DNA of 64,000 nt. Origin: Deltaproteobacteria bacterium (GTDB lineage Bacteria > UBA10199 > JACPAL01 > JAHFST01). The stretch covers positions 129,709 through 193,708 of the forward strand of contig JAHFST010000004.1 in NCBI GenBank assembly GCA_023265625.1, written 5' to 3'. Each line of letters begins with the position of its first letter. The stretch's first letter is position 1. Positions 39,250-48,555 of the stretch are shown piece by piece. The notes below the pieces were generated by a model. The model made no database searches and had not been told where the DNA came from. It worked only from the letters and a program-made list of their open reading frames with translations. A program made the position numbers and the translations under genes.

Positions 39250-40664
39250 ATTTTCCGGGATTGCCCATTAGACAACTGTCCCAACCGATTGGTCAGCGTC
39301 CTCTCAAGTCTCAGCGGTTCCGGGGCCGGCGCGCCGGTCACCTCCTCCCACATCCAGGCCGGTTCCATACTGAGGTAGTGGGGGAATTCGTCGCTCCATG
39401 CGCGTAAGCCATGCCAGACTTGTCGGTACATCTCAATGCGGAGCTTTTTAAAGTAGCGCATCTTGCCATCCGGTGCGGCGATGAAGTCGTCGGCAAAAAT
39501 CTTGGTCTTGGGGAAACGTTGCGTGGCCACCTCCTTGAGGGCTCGATCGAACCGGAGACTTCCAATACTCACCCAGGCAATGCGACGGGGATCCAGTTTG
39601 TCGCTCAGTTGCGCCATCAGGCCTTGGTAGGCCTCCTGCCAACCGTCAAAGTGGATCATCGGATCCAAATGCAAACCGACTGGATAACCCGCCGCCTGAA
39701 TCCGTGCGGCCGCGTCAATCCGCTCCGTAATGGACGCGCATTTAAGCTCCTCCCGCATCGCAATCACTTCAGGCATTAACGACCAAGAAACCACCGTATG
39801 CCCTCGGGAATCGAGTTCAAGCAGATTGCCAATGCGGTCCGATTTTGTCTTCAGCTCCAAGAAGGCATTGGGCAGCCGCGCAAAAAACGGGACCAACTCC
39901 CGGCTGAGGGAAGTAAGATCGTCCAGCGCCAGGGAATCAGACAATTCACCGGTTCCGATGCGAAAAATACGTTCCGGTTCCTCCCGCACCCGCGCTTCGA
40001 TGGCCTGCAAAAAATCATCAATGTTCGCGGCGAGCGTCAGGACCGGATTATTTTTGAGATAGCTTTGCAGGATGCAATAGGTGCATTCCAGGTGGCAATT
40101 GGAGACCGGGTTAAAAACATAATCACCGCAGTTAACCGCGTGGCGAATCTTCGGGAACGGTTTTAAAAACGAGCCGCGATGCCGCACCAGGGCCAAGATC
40201 CGCTTGGCCTCCGTCATCGGGCCCGGCACCTTCCAGGCTCGAAAATCGTCAATTTCCTCCAACGGAATTTTGGGAAATTGAGTGCGGACCCTCACCGCCA
40301 TCGGAGAGGTCACAACCGACCGTTCCACGATCAAACTTTCCGGAGAAAAAGGCTGGAACGAACGAGAGGCCGCATCGATCTTCTCGCCCCACATCCCCCC
40401 CTCCTGTCTCACGCAACTCATCAGGTAGTCGCGAACCTGCCGCCCCAACGCCCGCGGCCCCCGGTTTTTCGATTCAGAACAAGTAAGGGCCGCCGCCTGC
40501 AAAATCGTCCCGGCCGATTGCTCACGCAACCGTGAAACATCTTCCACGGCCTCGAGGATTTCCAAAGAGAGATTCACGCCGACGGGATGATGTTCAAACC
40601 AAGCGGCCAGTCGGCCCCGTTCCCCATCGGGGAAACGCCCCAATTTTCGGGTCATCGTCTTCAT
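39246..40664 (-). CDS. splB: Spore photoproduct lyase-like radical SAM protein with N-terminal extension
   Basis: CHLECTYCILQSY, GELSDSL, ELKTKS, SWSL, ERIDAA, DGKMRY, YLSME. Confidence 0.85.
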   Translation of the reverse strand: MKTMTRKLGRFPDGERGRLAAWFEHHPVGVNLSLEILEAVEDVSRLREQSAGTILQAAALTCSESKNRGPRALGRQVRDYLMSCVRQEGGMWGEKIDAASRSFQPFSPESLIVERSVVTSPMAVRVRTQFPKIPLEEIDDFRAWKVPGPMTEAKRILALVRHRGSFLKPFPKIRHAVNCGDYVFNPVSNCHLECTYCILQSYLKNNPVLTLAANIDDFLQAIEARVREEPERIFRIGTGELSDSLALDDLTSLSRELVPFFARLPNAFLELKTKSDRIGNLLELDSRGHTVVSWSLMPEVIAMREELKCASITERIDAAARIQAAGYPVGLHLDPMIHFDGWQEAYQGLMAQLSDKLDPRRIAWVSIGSLRFDRALKEVATQRFPKTKIFADDFIAAPDGKMRYFKKLRIEMYRQVWHGLRAWSDEFPHYLSMEPAWMWEEVTGAPAPEPLRLERTLTNRLGQLSNGQSRKM

Positions 40665-41251
40665 GCCTTCTGTTGATCCCCCATCTCTTTCAAATGATAA
40701 TCAAAAAACAAAATCCACACGAGCAAGGCGAGTGTCAACAAGGCCCCGCCGAAAAAAGGCGTACTGGCGAGCAAGAAAGGCCAGAGATAAATAACGGGGC
40801 CACGTTGTTTGGCCATACGCACCAGATAAACACCGACATAGGCCCACATCACCACTTCCATCGTTTGAACTTCAAAAGTCGAAATAACCTGCCCCACGCG
40901 CAACGCCTGGTGCAGGACCACCGGCAACAGCCAGAATAACGACAAAAAAATCCACGCACGACCACGGATGTTTGTAGGGGCGACCCGGTGGGTCGCCCCC
41001 GTGATTTGCCAAAGATCCAACAAACTGATCATCGTGATTGGGAGGGCAAACACCTTATCGTAGGTAAGCCAGACAAAATGGGGATTCAGATAAGTCCCCA
41101 ACCAAATGGCGCCCAAAAAACAAACCAACCAATAACTCCCCCGGCGCCAATCTTGGCACAGCACCCAATGGCCGCTCCCGGGCAAGAGAACCCCGACCAA
41201 GTACCCGAGGCCATATTGCAAACGCGTCATTTTTTCGCCGTGGTCATTCAT
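40661..41251 (-). CDS. Hypothetical membrane protein
   Basis: LLPGSGHW..RRG start, several TM helices; stop overlaps the SplB-like start. Confidence 0.6.
   Translation of the reverse strand: MNDHGEKMTRLQYGLGYLVGVLLPGSGHWVLCQDWRRGSYWLVCFLGAIWLGTYLNPHFVWLTYDKVFALPITMISLLDLWQITGATHRVAPTNIRGRAWIFLSLFWLLPVVLHQALRVGQVISTFEVQTMEVVMWAYVGVYLVRMAKQRGPVIYLWPFLLASTPFFGGALLTLALLVWILFFDYHLKEMGDQQKA
40974..40998 (+). repeat. GTAG-type REP inside the membrane-protein gene
   Basis: GTAGGGGCGACCCGGTGGGTCGCCC; read on the minus strand as GATHRVAPT. Confidence 0.75.
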
Positions 41252-41281
41252 CGTGTTTTATGATTCAATAGCCTTCTAATA

Positions 41282-42010
41282 ATGGCTGCTAACATCGACA
41301 AGGAGAAAAAGCAGCTCAACTTTCATTACGCCTTCACTTTACCGCAAAACCAGGTCAAAGAATTTCAGGTAGAACTTGATCCTGACTTGAATCTCATCAA
41401 AAGCCATCACGAGAGTTATCCCGATTGGACCAAACTCACGCATCATCAATGTGACAACTGTCCGCTCAAGCCGGAAGAACACCCTTATTGTCCCGCCGCC
41501 GTCGGCCTCGTCGATGTCATCGCGGCCTTCCAGACATCTACCTCCTTTGAAGAGGTGGATGTCCAGGTCGAATCCAAGGGCCGAACCTATGTCAAACATA
41601 CCTCGTTGCAAAAGGGACTCAGTTCTCTGATTGGGATCTATCTGGCGACCAGCGGGTGCCCCATCCTGGAAAAACTCAAACCGATGGTGCAGTTTCACCT
41701 TCCCTTCGCCACGCCCGATGAAACGATGTATCGCGCCATCTCCATGTACCTCGTGGCGCAATACTTTGTGCATAAACAAGGAAAGGTCCCAGACTGGGAG
41801 TTAGCGCACCTGACGGAACTTTACCAAGAAATCCACCAGGTCAACCGGGGTCTTGCCAAGCGGCTCCGCGAACTCCAACAAGGCGACGCCAATGTCAATG
41901 CCCTGGTCATTCTGGATTGCTTTGCCGAGGTCACCCAATTCTCCCTGAGCAAAAACAAGTTGGATGAGATCAAACGGATTTTTCAGGTGTATTTAGCATG
42001 CCCCGAGTGA
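41282..42010 (+). CDS. Conserved hypothetical protein (DUF6901-like)
   Basis: PDWT.L..QC.NCPL..CP.A, ATSGCP, FHLPFA, DANVNAL. Confidence 0.65.
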   Translation: MAANIDKEKKQLNFHYAFTLPQNQVKEFQVELDPDLNLIKSHHESYPDWTKLTHHQCDNCPLKPEEHPYCPAAVGLVDVIAAFQTSTSFEEVDVQVESKGRTYVKHTSLQKGLSSLIGIYLATSGCPILEKLKPMVQFHLPFATPDETMYRAISMYLVAQYFVHKQGKVPDWELAHLTELYQEIHQVNRGLAKRLRELQQGDANVNALVILDCFAEVTQFSLSKNKLDEIKRIFQVYLACPE

Positions 42011-42441
42011 TCCTGCACCAACCGGAGATCCCGCAAAACACCGGCAACATCGGGCGGCTCTGCGTCGCCACCAACACCCCGCTCTATCTGGTGGAACCCC
42101 TGGGATTTTTTCTCGACGATGCCCAGATCCGCCGCTCCGGGCTTGACTATTGGCCCCATCTACAATTGCAGGTGGTCCCAAACTTTGCCACGATCAAACA
42201 ACAATTTCCAAAAAATCGTTTTTGGTTTCTCACCACGCGCACCCGGCGCACTTACACGTCCGTCCGTTTTCAACCGGACGATTTTTTGGTGTTTGGCTCC
42301 GAGAGTCGTGGCCTCCCCGAGGCCCTGTGGCGGGATTGCCCCGATGCGGTGATCTCGGTCCCGATGCCAGGACCCGTGCGCAGCCTAAACCTGGCCACCA
42401 CCGTGGGGATTGTGTTATACGAGGCATTGCGACAGCTATGA
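41998..42441 (+). CDS. trmL: tRNA (cytidine/uridine-34 2'-O)-methyltransferase
   Basis: PEIPQNTGNIGR, RSGLDYW, FGSESRGLP, RSLNLA. Confidence 0.95.
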   Translation: MPRVILHQPEIPQNTGNIGRLCVATNTPLYLVEPLGFFLDDAQIRRSGLDYWPHLQLQVVPNFATIKQQFPKNRFWFLTTRTRRTYTSVRFQPDDFLVFGSESRGLPEALWRDCPDAVISVPMPGPVRSLNLATTVGIVLYEALRQL

Positions 42442-44372
42442 GCCTTAAAAAATCTAGATACCGACGTTCCCTGACTTCCATCGGCATGGCGTTTGGCATC
42501 GCCGGTATTTTATTAATCCTCTTCTACGCCTTTCCCTCCTCGAGCGGGGCCTGGATCCACCTGATTGAAAATAAAATCTTAGACTCGGAGTTTCGCAACA
42601 TCACACGTCCCCTGCAACCCGATCCCGCCATTGCGATTGTCGTGGTCAATGATACCGCCCTCACCGAGATGGAACCTCAGTATGGCCGCTGGCCGTGGCC
42701 GCGCCGGGCCATGGGGCAAATGGTGGAATATCTCCACCATGTCGGAGCGAGGGCGATGGCGATAGACATCCTCTATCCAGAGGCCCACCACCTCGATGCT
42801 GCCGGGGATCAATTTTTTGTCGATCAAGTCAAGGCCGCCGGTAATGTCGTCCTGGCTGCCGATTTTCCTGAACGCAACCCAAGCGCCGAACCAACCTCGA
42901 TAGATAGCCACGCCCTGACACGCTTTCAATTAAACAGCCTACCCAACACGCCGCTTCAGCTGCCAATCACGACAACACCTTTAATCCCGTTCCCGCAACT
43001 CTTGGCGGCCACCGCACAAATCGGTGGGATTCATTTTAATGCCGATCCTGACGGTCCTACGCGCCGTTACCGGCTGCTCTATTCTGTCAATAATGGCACG
43101 CAAGATTTATGCTTACCCAGCCTCGCTTTGGCCACCGCATTACAACTCAAAGTCCCAATCGATTGGCATCAATTGCTAGAGCCCGATGGCAGCTATTTGA
43201 TGAATTGGTACGGCCCTCATGGGACCTTCCCTTATATAGAGGCCAGTCGCTTGCTCCAAGCCTACCAAGAGTGGAAGCAAGGCGCGTCCGGCTCGCTCGA
43301 TCAAGAGGCTGCCGTTTTTTTTAAGGATAAGATCGTCTTGATCGGGGTGACCGCCACGGGGCTATTCGACCTACGTGCCACTCCCTTTTCGCCCATTTAT
43401 CCCGGAGTCGAGATCCATGCCACGGTGTTGTCAAATCTCATGCAACATCATTTCATCCGCGTCATCCCCCCCGCTGTGGGCATCCTCTATGTCTTGGGCA
43501 TCACGATCATCATGTCCTTAGTCGGCCGCTCGCTGCGCTCCCCGATTAAAGAAACACTCTTTATATTGTTCTTGGTGGGACTCATCATTACTTGTGGCCT
43601 CCTGAGTTTTGCTCACAACCTCTGGATCCCCATCGCCCTCCCCTTGTTGACATTATTTCTCATGGCCACCAGCACCATCTTCTGGAATTACTTCACCACC
43701 GGGCGTGAGAAACGATTCATCCGCGGGGCCTTTGCGCGTTATATCAATGAGGACGTCTTGGATGAGCTTTTGTCCGATCCGGAGAAGTTGGAACTGGGGG
43801 GCGAAAACGCCACCTTGACGGTACTTTTTTCCGACATTCGTGGTTTTACCTCCCTCTCCGAGAAACTCGCCCCCAATGAAGTCGTCGCCTTGCTCAATGA
43901 ATACCTTACGGCCATGGTCGATATCGTCTTTGAGTATCATGGCACCCTCGACAAATTTATTGGCGACGCCGTGATGGCCTTTTGGGGCGCCCCCATTAAA
44001 ACAGCAGACCACGCCGCAAGCGCCGTCCGGGCTGGACTGGCCATGCTCGCCAAGGCGCAAGAACTGCGCACCAAGTGGCTGGCGGAAGGTAAACCGGCCC
44101 TGGAAATCGGCATCGGAATCAACACCGCGGAGATCACGGTAGGGAACATCGGCTCCAGCCGATCCCAAAGCTACACCGTCATCGGCGACGGCGTTAATTT
44201 GGCCTCCCGTTTGGAATCGTTGAATAAGACCTATCACACTCATCTCATTATCAGTGAATTCACGTACGCACAGGTCAGGGATCAGGTAGAAGCGCGACTG
44301 TTGGATGATGTTCAGGTGAAAGGGAAGGAGCAAAGTGTGAAGATTTATGAGGTAACTGGGTGGAGAGGCTAA
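42438..44372 (+). CDS. CHASE2-domain class III adenylate cyclase
   Basis: GRWPWPR, D.DG..R, PGVEIHA, three TM helices; FSDIRGFT, DKFIGDAVMA, YTVIGDGVNLASRLE (Lys/Thr purine-specifying residues indicate ATP). Confidence 0.92.
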   Translation: MSLKKSRYRRSLTSIGMAFGIAGILLILFYAFPSSSGAWIHLIENKILDSEFRNITRPLQPDPAIAIVVVNDTALTEMEPQYGRWPWPRRAMGQMVEYLHHVGARAMAIDILYPEAHHLDAAGDQFFVDQVKAAGNVVLAADFPERNPSAEPTSIDSHALTRFQLNSLPNTPLQLPITTTPLIPFPQLLAATAQIGGIHFNADPDGPTRRYRLLYSVNNGTQDLCLPSLALATALQLKVPIDWHQLLEPDGSYLMNWYGPHGTFPYIEASRLLQAYQEWKQGASGSLDQEAAVFFKDKIVLIGVTATGLFDLRATPFSPIYPGVEIHATVLSNLMQHHFIRVIPPAVGILYVLGITIIMSLVGRSLRSPIKETLFILFLVGLIITCGLLSFAHNLWIPIALPLLTLFLMATSTIFWNYFTTGREKRFIRGAFARYINEDVLDELLSDPEKLELGGENATLTVLFSDIRGFTSLSEKLAPNEVVALLNEYLTAMVDIVFEYHGTLDKFIGDAVMAFWGAPIKTADHAASAVRAGLAMLAKAQELRTKWLAEGKPALEIGIGINTAEITVGNIGSSRSQSYTVIGDGVNLASRLESLNKTYHTHLIISEFTYAQVRDQVEARLLDDVQVKGKEQSVKIYEVTGWRG

Positions 44373-44374
44373 CA

Positions 44375-45595
44375 TCACCCTACCATTTTCCCCGCAAGCG
44401 GCAACGACTTAATATGCCCTTCAATAATCGCAATGACATGTTTCGATAAAGGCAGATGTTTGCGCTCGCTCCGCCAAACTTGACGAAAGCGTTGCACCGT
44501 TTCTTTGGCGGTATGGATTACCAATGGCTCCGGTAACCCGGCCTTCGCGGCCAAATAGGACAATTGTGACTGGGACAATTCCGCCATGCGCCTGGATTTG
44601 ACAAGCTTGAGCGCCATTTGCTCGTCGGGGATATAGCCGATGGTGGAAACAAAATCATAGCCTGGCGCCAATTTCGCCTTTCTCCGATCAGGATAGATGA
44701 GTGACCAATTTTTAAGGTGCATATCCGCATTGCCGATGAGGGTGTTAAACACCAAACGACGGATAAATTCGACAAGGCCGTCATGACCCGTCTCCTGCCA
44801 AAGCACTTCGGCAATTTTTTTGTAACTCCCCTTGCGGTATTTGTCGTCGGGATAGACGCCAAACACCTGAGCAAAGTCTTCCATGTGTACGGGACCGCTG
44901 CCGGTGCGGTCAAAACGACGCACCGCCAAAGCTGGTCCGTGCATGTCCCCGATATTCTCTGGCAAACCGGATATTCCATCCATATCAACCAGTCGCAGCT
45001 CCGGTATGTCCATGCCCATGTGCCGTGCCAGGGTCATCATAGAATATTCGTTTTCCGGCACCCCCACGAAGCGCGCGGATGGAAACTTCACAATCCACGA
45101 ACCACCCACCCCTTCGGCTGGAACCGTCAAACCCCCTTTGGCCTCCATGACAGCCGAAAATTTGAGCTGCACCCCCGCCAGCGAAAAACGCAGCACATTT
45201 TTGCGCGCGAGGGACACGCCGTCGGTCACGGCCGGGGGCCAAGTCGTGCCATCTGAAGGCTCAATCGTAACCGCCCCGGGCAAATCCCGCCCCAAGACCC
45301 ACAGTAGAAAAAATTCGCGACGGACATTGACCCCAGCACGGGCCGCCAAATAATCCCGTAAGTGTCCTTCGGGCAATAAATTGGAAAAAAAGGCCGGTAG
45401 TCTCATGCGAGTCGGCTGGATGTCGGTAATCAACCCACCCAAACGATCCTGAAAAGAAAGACTCAAGACCGGCCGCCGGGGATTGTCTTGGTAAGACTGG
45501 CTAAAGCTAAAGATCGTCTGCTCCCCCGGCAGGAAGGTCAATACCCCCAGGATTTCGCCATGCAACAAAACGTTTAGCGAGTGAATATCCGGCAT
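44375..45595 (-). CDS. hipA: HipA serine/threonine kinase toxin
   Basis: FSNLLPEG, FSLAGVQLKF, WIVKFP, RRFDR, GNADMHLKNW, LAPGYD. Confidence 0.93.
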   Translation of the reverse strand: MPDIHSLNVLLHGEILGVLTFLPGEQTIFSFSQSYQDNPRRPVLSLSFQDRLGGLITDIQPTRMRLPAFFSNLLPEGHLRDYLAARAGVNVRREFFLLWVLGRDLPGAVTIEPSDGTTWPPAVTDGVSLARKNVLRFSLAGVQLKFSAVMEAKGGLTVPAEGVGGSWIVKFPSARFVGVPENEYSMMTLARHMGMDIPELRLVDMDGISGLPENIGDMHGPALAVRRFDRTGSGPVHMEDFAQVFGVYPDDKYRKGSYKKIAEVLWQETGHDGLVEFIRRLVFNTLIGNADMHLKNWSLIYPDRRKAKLAPGYDFVSTIGYIPDEQMALKLVKSRRMAELSQSQLSYLAAKAGLPEPLVIHTAKETVQRFRQVWRSERKHLPLSKHVIAIIEGHIKSLPLAGKMVG

Positions 45596-45597
45596 CC

Positions 45598-45906
45598 TCA
45601 GACCTCGTCCTGCGACTCGTCATCCAGGGTGTAGGCGGGGCCGACGGCATAATCACGAGTGTCTTTGGCGGTCATCAATCCCTTCACCAACGCAATGTGC
45701 TGACGAGGCACCAACAGGACCTCCAACTCCAACATTCGCGTCATTTCAACAAAACTGCCCAACGTCACATTCACACGACCCGCCTCAATCTTGGATAGAT
45801 GGCTCTGAGGTATGCCGAGCTGACCTGCCAGTTCCCTTTGGGTCAACCCTTGTGCCACACGGGCTGCTTTGAGTTCTTGGATAAGTTGTTGGATGTTTAG
45901 ATTCAT
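45598..45906 (-). CDS. hipB: HipB-like XRE HTH antitoxin
   Basis: LTQRELAGQLGIPQSHLSKIEAG; directly upstream of hipA. Confidence 0.85.
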   Translation of the reverse strand: MNLNIQQLIQELKAARVAQGLTQRELAGQLGIPQSHLSKIEAGRVNVTLGSFVEMTRMLELEVLLVPRQHIALVKGLMTAKDTRDYAVGPAYTLDDESQDEV

Positions 45907-46067
45907 CTACTATATGTTAAAATATATAAATACTTTATAATATATACTGAAACATATCAAGAAGAAAGAGCCATGTCAAATGACATCTCATCTCACTCCC
46001 CTGTCCGATAATGAACCTCAAATTTTTCATTGAGAATTTAACAGAACTATGATCCTCTCGCCCGCTC

Positions 46068-46370
46068 ATGAACAAAAAGTCTATTTTTTTCCCCAAAAGT
46101 TTTTTTCTGGCGGGCCTGTTTTTGGCCCTTCCCGTGTTGCAATCTGACGCCTTCGCCACCGGGAAAAAAGGCCTCTTTAGTTCCAGTTCGCGCGACCTCT
46201 CCGGCACCGCTGGAGTTCGCGGTGGCGATGTGATGGGAGATGCCATCAAGGAGGCCGCGCCAAATCCAAACGCCGTAAGAGCCATGGAGGCGCGGCGCGT
46301 CCCGACTGCTCAGTTGGAATCCTTTCAGCGTCAGGGTAAAGTGGGACATTTTGCGCGAGGGGGTTCATGA
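46068..46370 (+). CDS. Small secreted hypothetical protein
   Basis: Signal peptide, TAGVRG, LESFQRQGK; stop overlaps the M48 start (ATGA). Confidence 0.65.
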   Translation: MNKKSIFFPKSFFLAGLFLALPVLQSDAFATGKKGLFSSSSRDLSGTAGVRGGDVMGDAIKEAAPNPNAVRAMEARRVPTAQLESFQRQGKVGHFARGGS

Positions 46371-47224
46371 GATTATTACACCGCAAAGTGGGCTTCGCCC
46401 TGCTGCTCGCTTCTTTGCCCTTGGCCAACGCCCATGCCTTCGGTTTTGACGTGATTGGGGCCGTTGGGACGATGGGAAAGATGGCGAAGGGGGCCACAAA
46501 GGTCGACTTGCAAGAAGAGCTCGCCATGGGACGGCAATTCTCCGGAATGATCCTCGGGGCCTTTGCCCCTAGCCACAATGCGGCCCTGAACACTTATGTC
46601 TCTCAGATAGGCCTGACCGTCGCGCAGGCGAGTGTCCGTCCCGATATGGACTACCATTTTCAAGTCATCTCAGCCCGCGACTCGTCGGGGGCCCCAATTG
46701 TCAATGCCTTCTCGACCCCAGGGGGTTTCATTTTTATCACGGAGGGTTTAATCAAGAGCCTTAACTCCGAGGCGGCGTTAGCCGGGGTATTAGCCCACGA
46801 AGTGGCTCACGTGGCGGAAAAACATGTCATCAAAGAGATTCATCGAAATAATGTTAAATCAGGCCTGCTAGAATTGGGTGGCAATGTGGCCTCCTCCGCA
46901 GGAGGCGTTGCAGGGGAGATCTCATCCGTATTGAGTTCCGCCCTGGTCAGCAACCTCTTTGAAAAGGGGCTCGACAAGGGGGATGAGTATCGTGCCGATG
47001 CAGCCGCGGTGGCATACGTCAGCAAGGCGGGCTATGACCCTCGTGGTTTGGTGATATTTCTCCAAACTATTGAAGCCAAAGAGGGTAAAAATTACAGCAC
47101 CCTACTTCGTACCCACCCCAAACCTCAGGACCGTATCGCCCGAATTGAAAAATTGATTAAGGATAAAAAAATATCATCAGAAGGTAAACAAACCTTGGCG
47201 GATCGTTGGAAAAGAAGCTCGTGA
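46367..47224 (+). CDS. M48-family metallopeptidase (BepA/LoiP-like)
   Basis: Signal peptide, NAFSTPGG, LAHEVAH, EYRAD, AGYDP, THP..DR. Confidence 0.9.
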   Translation: MRLLHRKVGFALLLASLPLANAHAFGFDVIGAVGTMGKMAKGATKVDLQEELAMGRQFSGMILGAFAPSHNAALNTYVSQIGLTVAQASVRPDMDYHFQVISARDSSGAPIVNAFSTPGGFIFITEGLIKSLNSEAALAGVLAHEVAHVAEKHVIKEIHRNNVKSGLLELGGNVASSAGGVAGEISSVLSSALVSNLFEKGLDKGDEYRADAAAVAYVSKAGYDPRGLVIFLQTIEAKEGKNYSTLLRTHPKPQDRIARIEKLIKDKKISSEGKQTLADRWKRSS

Positions 47225-48555
47225 AAAAATTAATTCTTTTAACCTGTCTCCTGACCCTGACGCTTCCTCACGTCTCCCTGGCAGCGGACAACCATGGCAA
47301 GGCCGAGATCGCCTTCTCAGAAGGCCTGTTGCTCCACCACAAGAAGGACTTTAAGGGGGCGGAACAACGTTTTGCCAAGGCCGTGCAACTCGATCCTCGG
47401 CACAAGAATGCCACCTACTTTTTAGGCCTGTCTCAATCAGAACAGGAAAAATATGAGGCGGCCATCAAATCCTTCACGTCGGTGATCGCTTTGCAGACAG
47501 AAGAACCGGAGCCTTATTTTTATCGGGCCCTGGCTTACTACCATTTAAAAAAATCCCCAGAGGCCCTGGCTGATTTTCAAAAGGCACAAAAGCTGGCCCC
47601 TACCGGGCAGGTGAAGGATCTGGCAACGAGTTACATCCGCAGCATGACGCAGAAAGAAACCCCTCTGATCACGAGTTCCCCGAGTCAGGGCAGTTCACAT
47701 CGTTGGTTTGCCAATGGCAGTTTGACCACTCAATTCGACACCAATGTAACCCTAAATCCCGACGCCTCCTCTGCCGCAACCTTGCCGACGGATAAGAATG
47801 ATTTACAATTCGCCATGCGCGGGGGTGGCGGCTATCACATTATTCGCAAGGGGCACTACCGCCTCACTACCGAAGGCTCTTACTACCAGTCCATTTACAC
47901 AGACCTCGATCGCTTCAATTATGGCCTGTTGCACCTGGAGGCGAACAACCAGTTTAAGTTTGGCAATTTTTCCATCCGTACGCCCACCGGTTATGAATTT
48001 TCCCTTTTGGGTCGGGACAAGTACCTGGGCGCCTTTTTTATGAAGCCTACCTTCAGCTACTTGTTAGCCAATCGTTTACTCACGCAATTTTCGCCCCGAT
48101 TGCGTTACGAGGGATTTTTCCAGACCTTAACCAACCAGGCGCAGAATCGAGACGCATGGAATATTCAATTGGAAATCGACGAGTTTTTGATGGGAGAAGA
48201 TCAGAAACATTATCTCAAACTTTCCTACATCTATGAAAAGAACGCCGCCAAGGGCAACGATTGGGATTACCACGCGCACCGAATGGGGCTGGCCTTCCTG
48301 ACGCCGATTCCATGGGGGATTGACTTTGACATCCATACGGAATTTACGATTGATCGTAAGTTTGCGCATGTGGATTCCATCATTGGGACGCAACGAGATG
48401 ATTTTGGCCAGGCCTTTGGTTTGAGTCTATCACGTAAGCTCATGGATCATTTGTCGGTGCGAGGACATTATGACTTTTTCCGGAACACCTCAAACCAGTC
48501 GTTCTTCACCTATGGACGCCATATCGCGGGGGTTACTTTTGCGACATCTTTCTAA
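47221..48555 (+). CDS. TPR + outer-membrane beta-barrel protein (SlAM/DUF560-like)
   Basis: Signal peptide, TPR repeats, FDTNV barrel entry motif, alternating aromatic strands, terminal Phe; GTG overlaps the M48 stop. Confidence 0.75.
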   Translation: MKKLILLTCLLTLTLPHVSLAADNHGKAEIAFSEGLLLHHKKDFKGAEQRFAKAVQLDPRHKNATYFLGLSQSEQEKYEAAIKSFTSVIALQTEEPEPYFYRALAYYHLKKSPEALADFQKAQKLAPTGQVKDLATSYIRSMTQKETPLITSSPSQGSSHRWFANGSLTTQFDTNVTLNPDASSAATLPTDKNDLQFAMRGGGGYHIIRKGHYRLTTEGSYYQSIYTDLDRFNYGLLHLEANNQFKFGNFSIRTPTGYEFSLLGRDKYLGAFFMKPTFSYLLANRLLTQFSPRLRYEGFFQTLTNQAQNRDAWNIQLEIDEFLMGEDQKHYLKLSYIYEKNAAKGNDWDYHAHRMGLAFLTPIPWGIDFDIHTEFTIDRKFAHVDSIIGTQRDDFGQAFGLSLSRKLMDHLSVRGHYDFFRNTSNQSFFTYGRHIAGVTFATSF

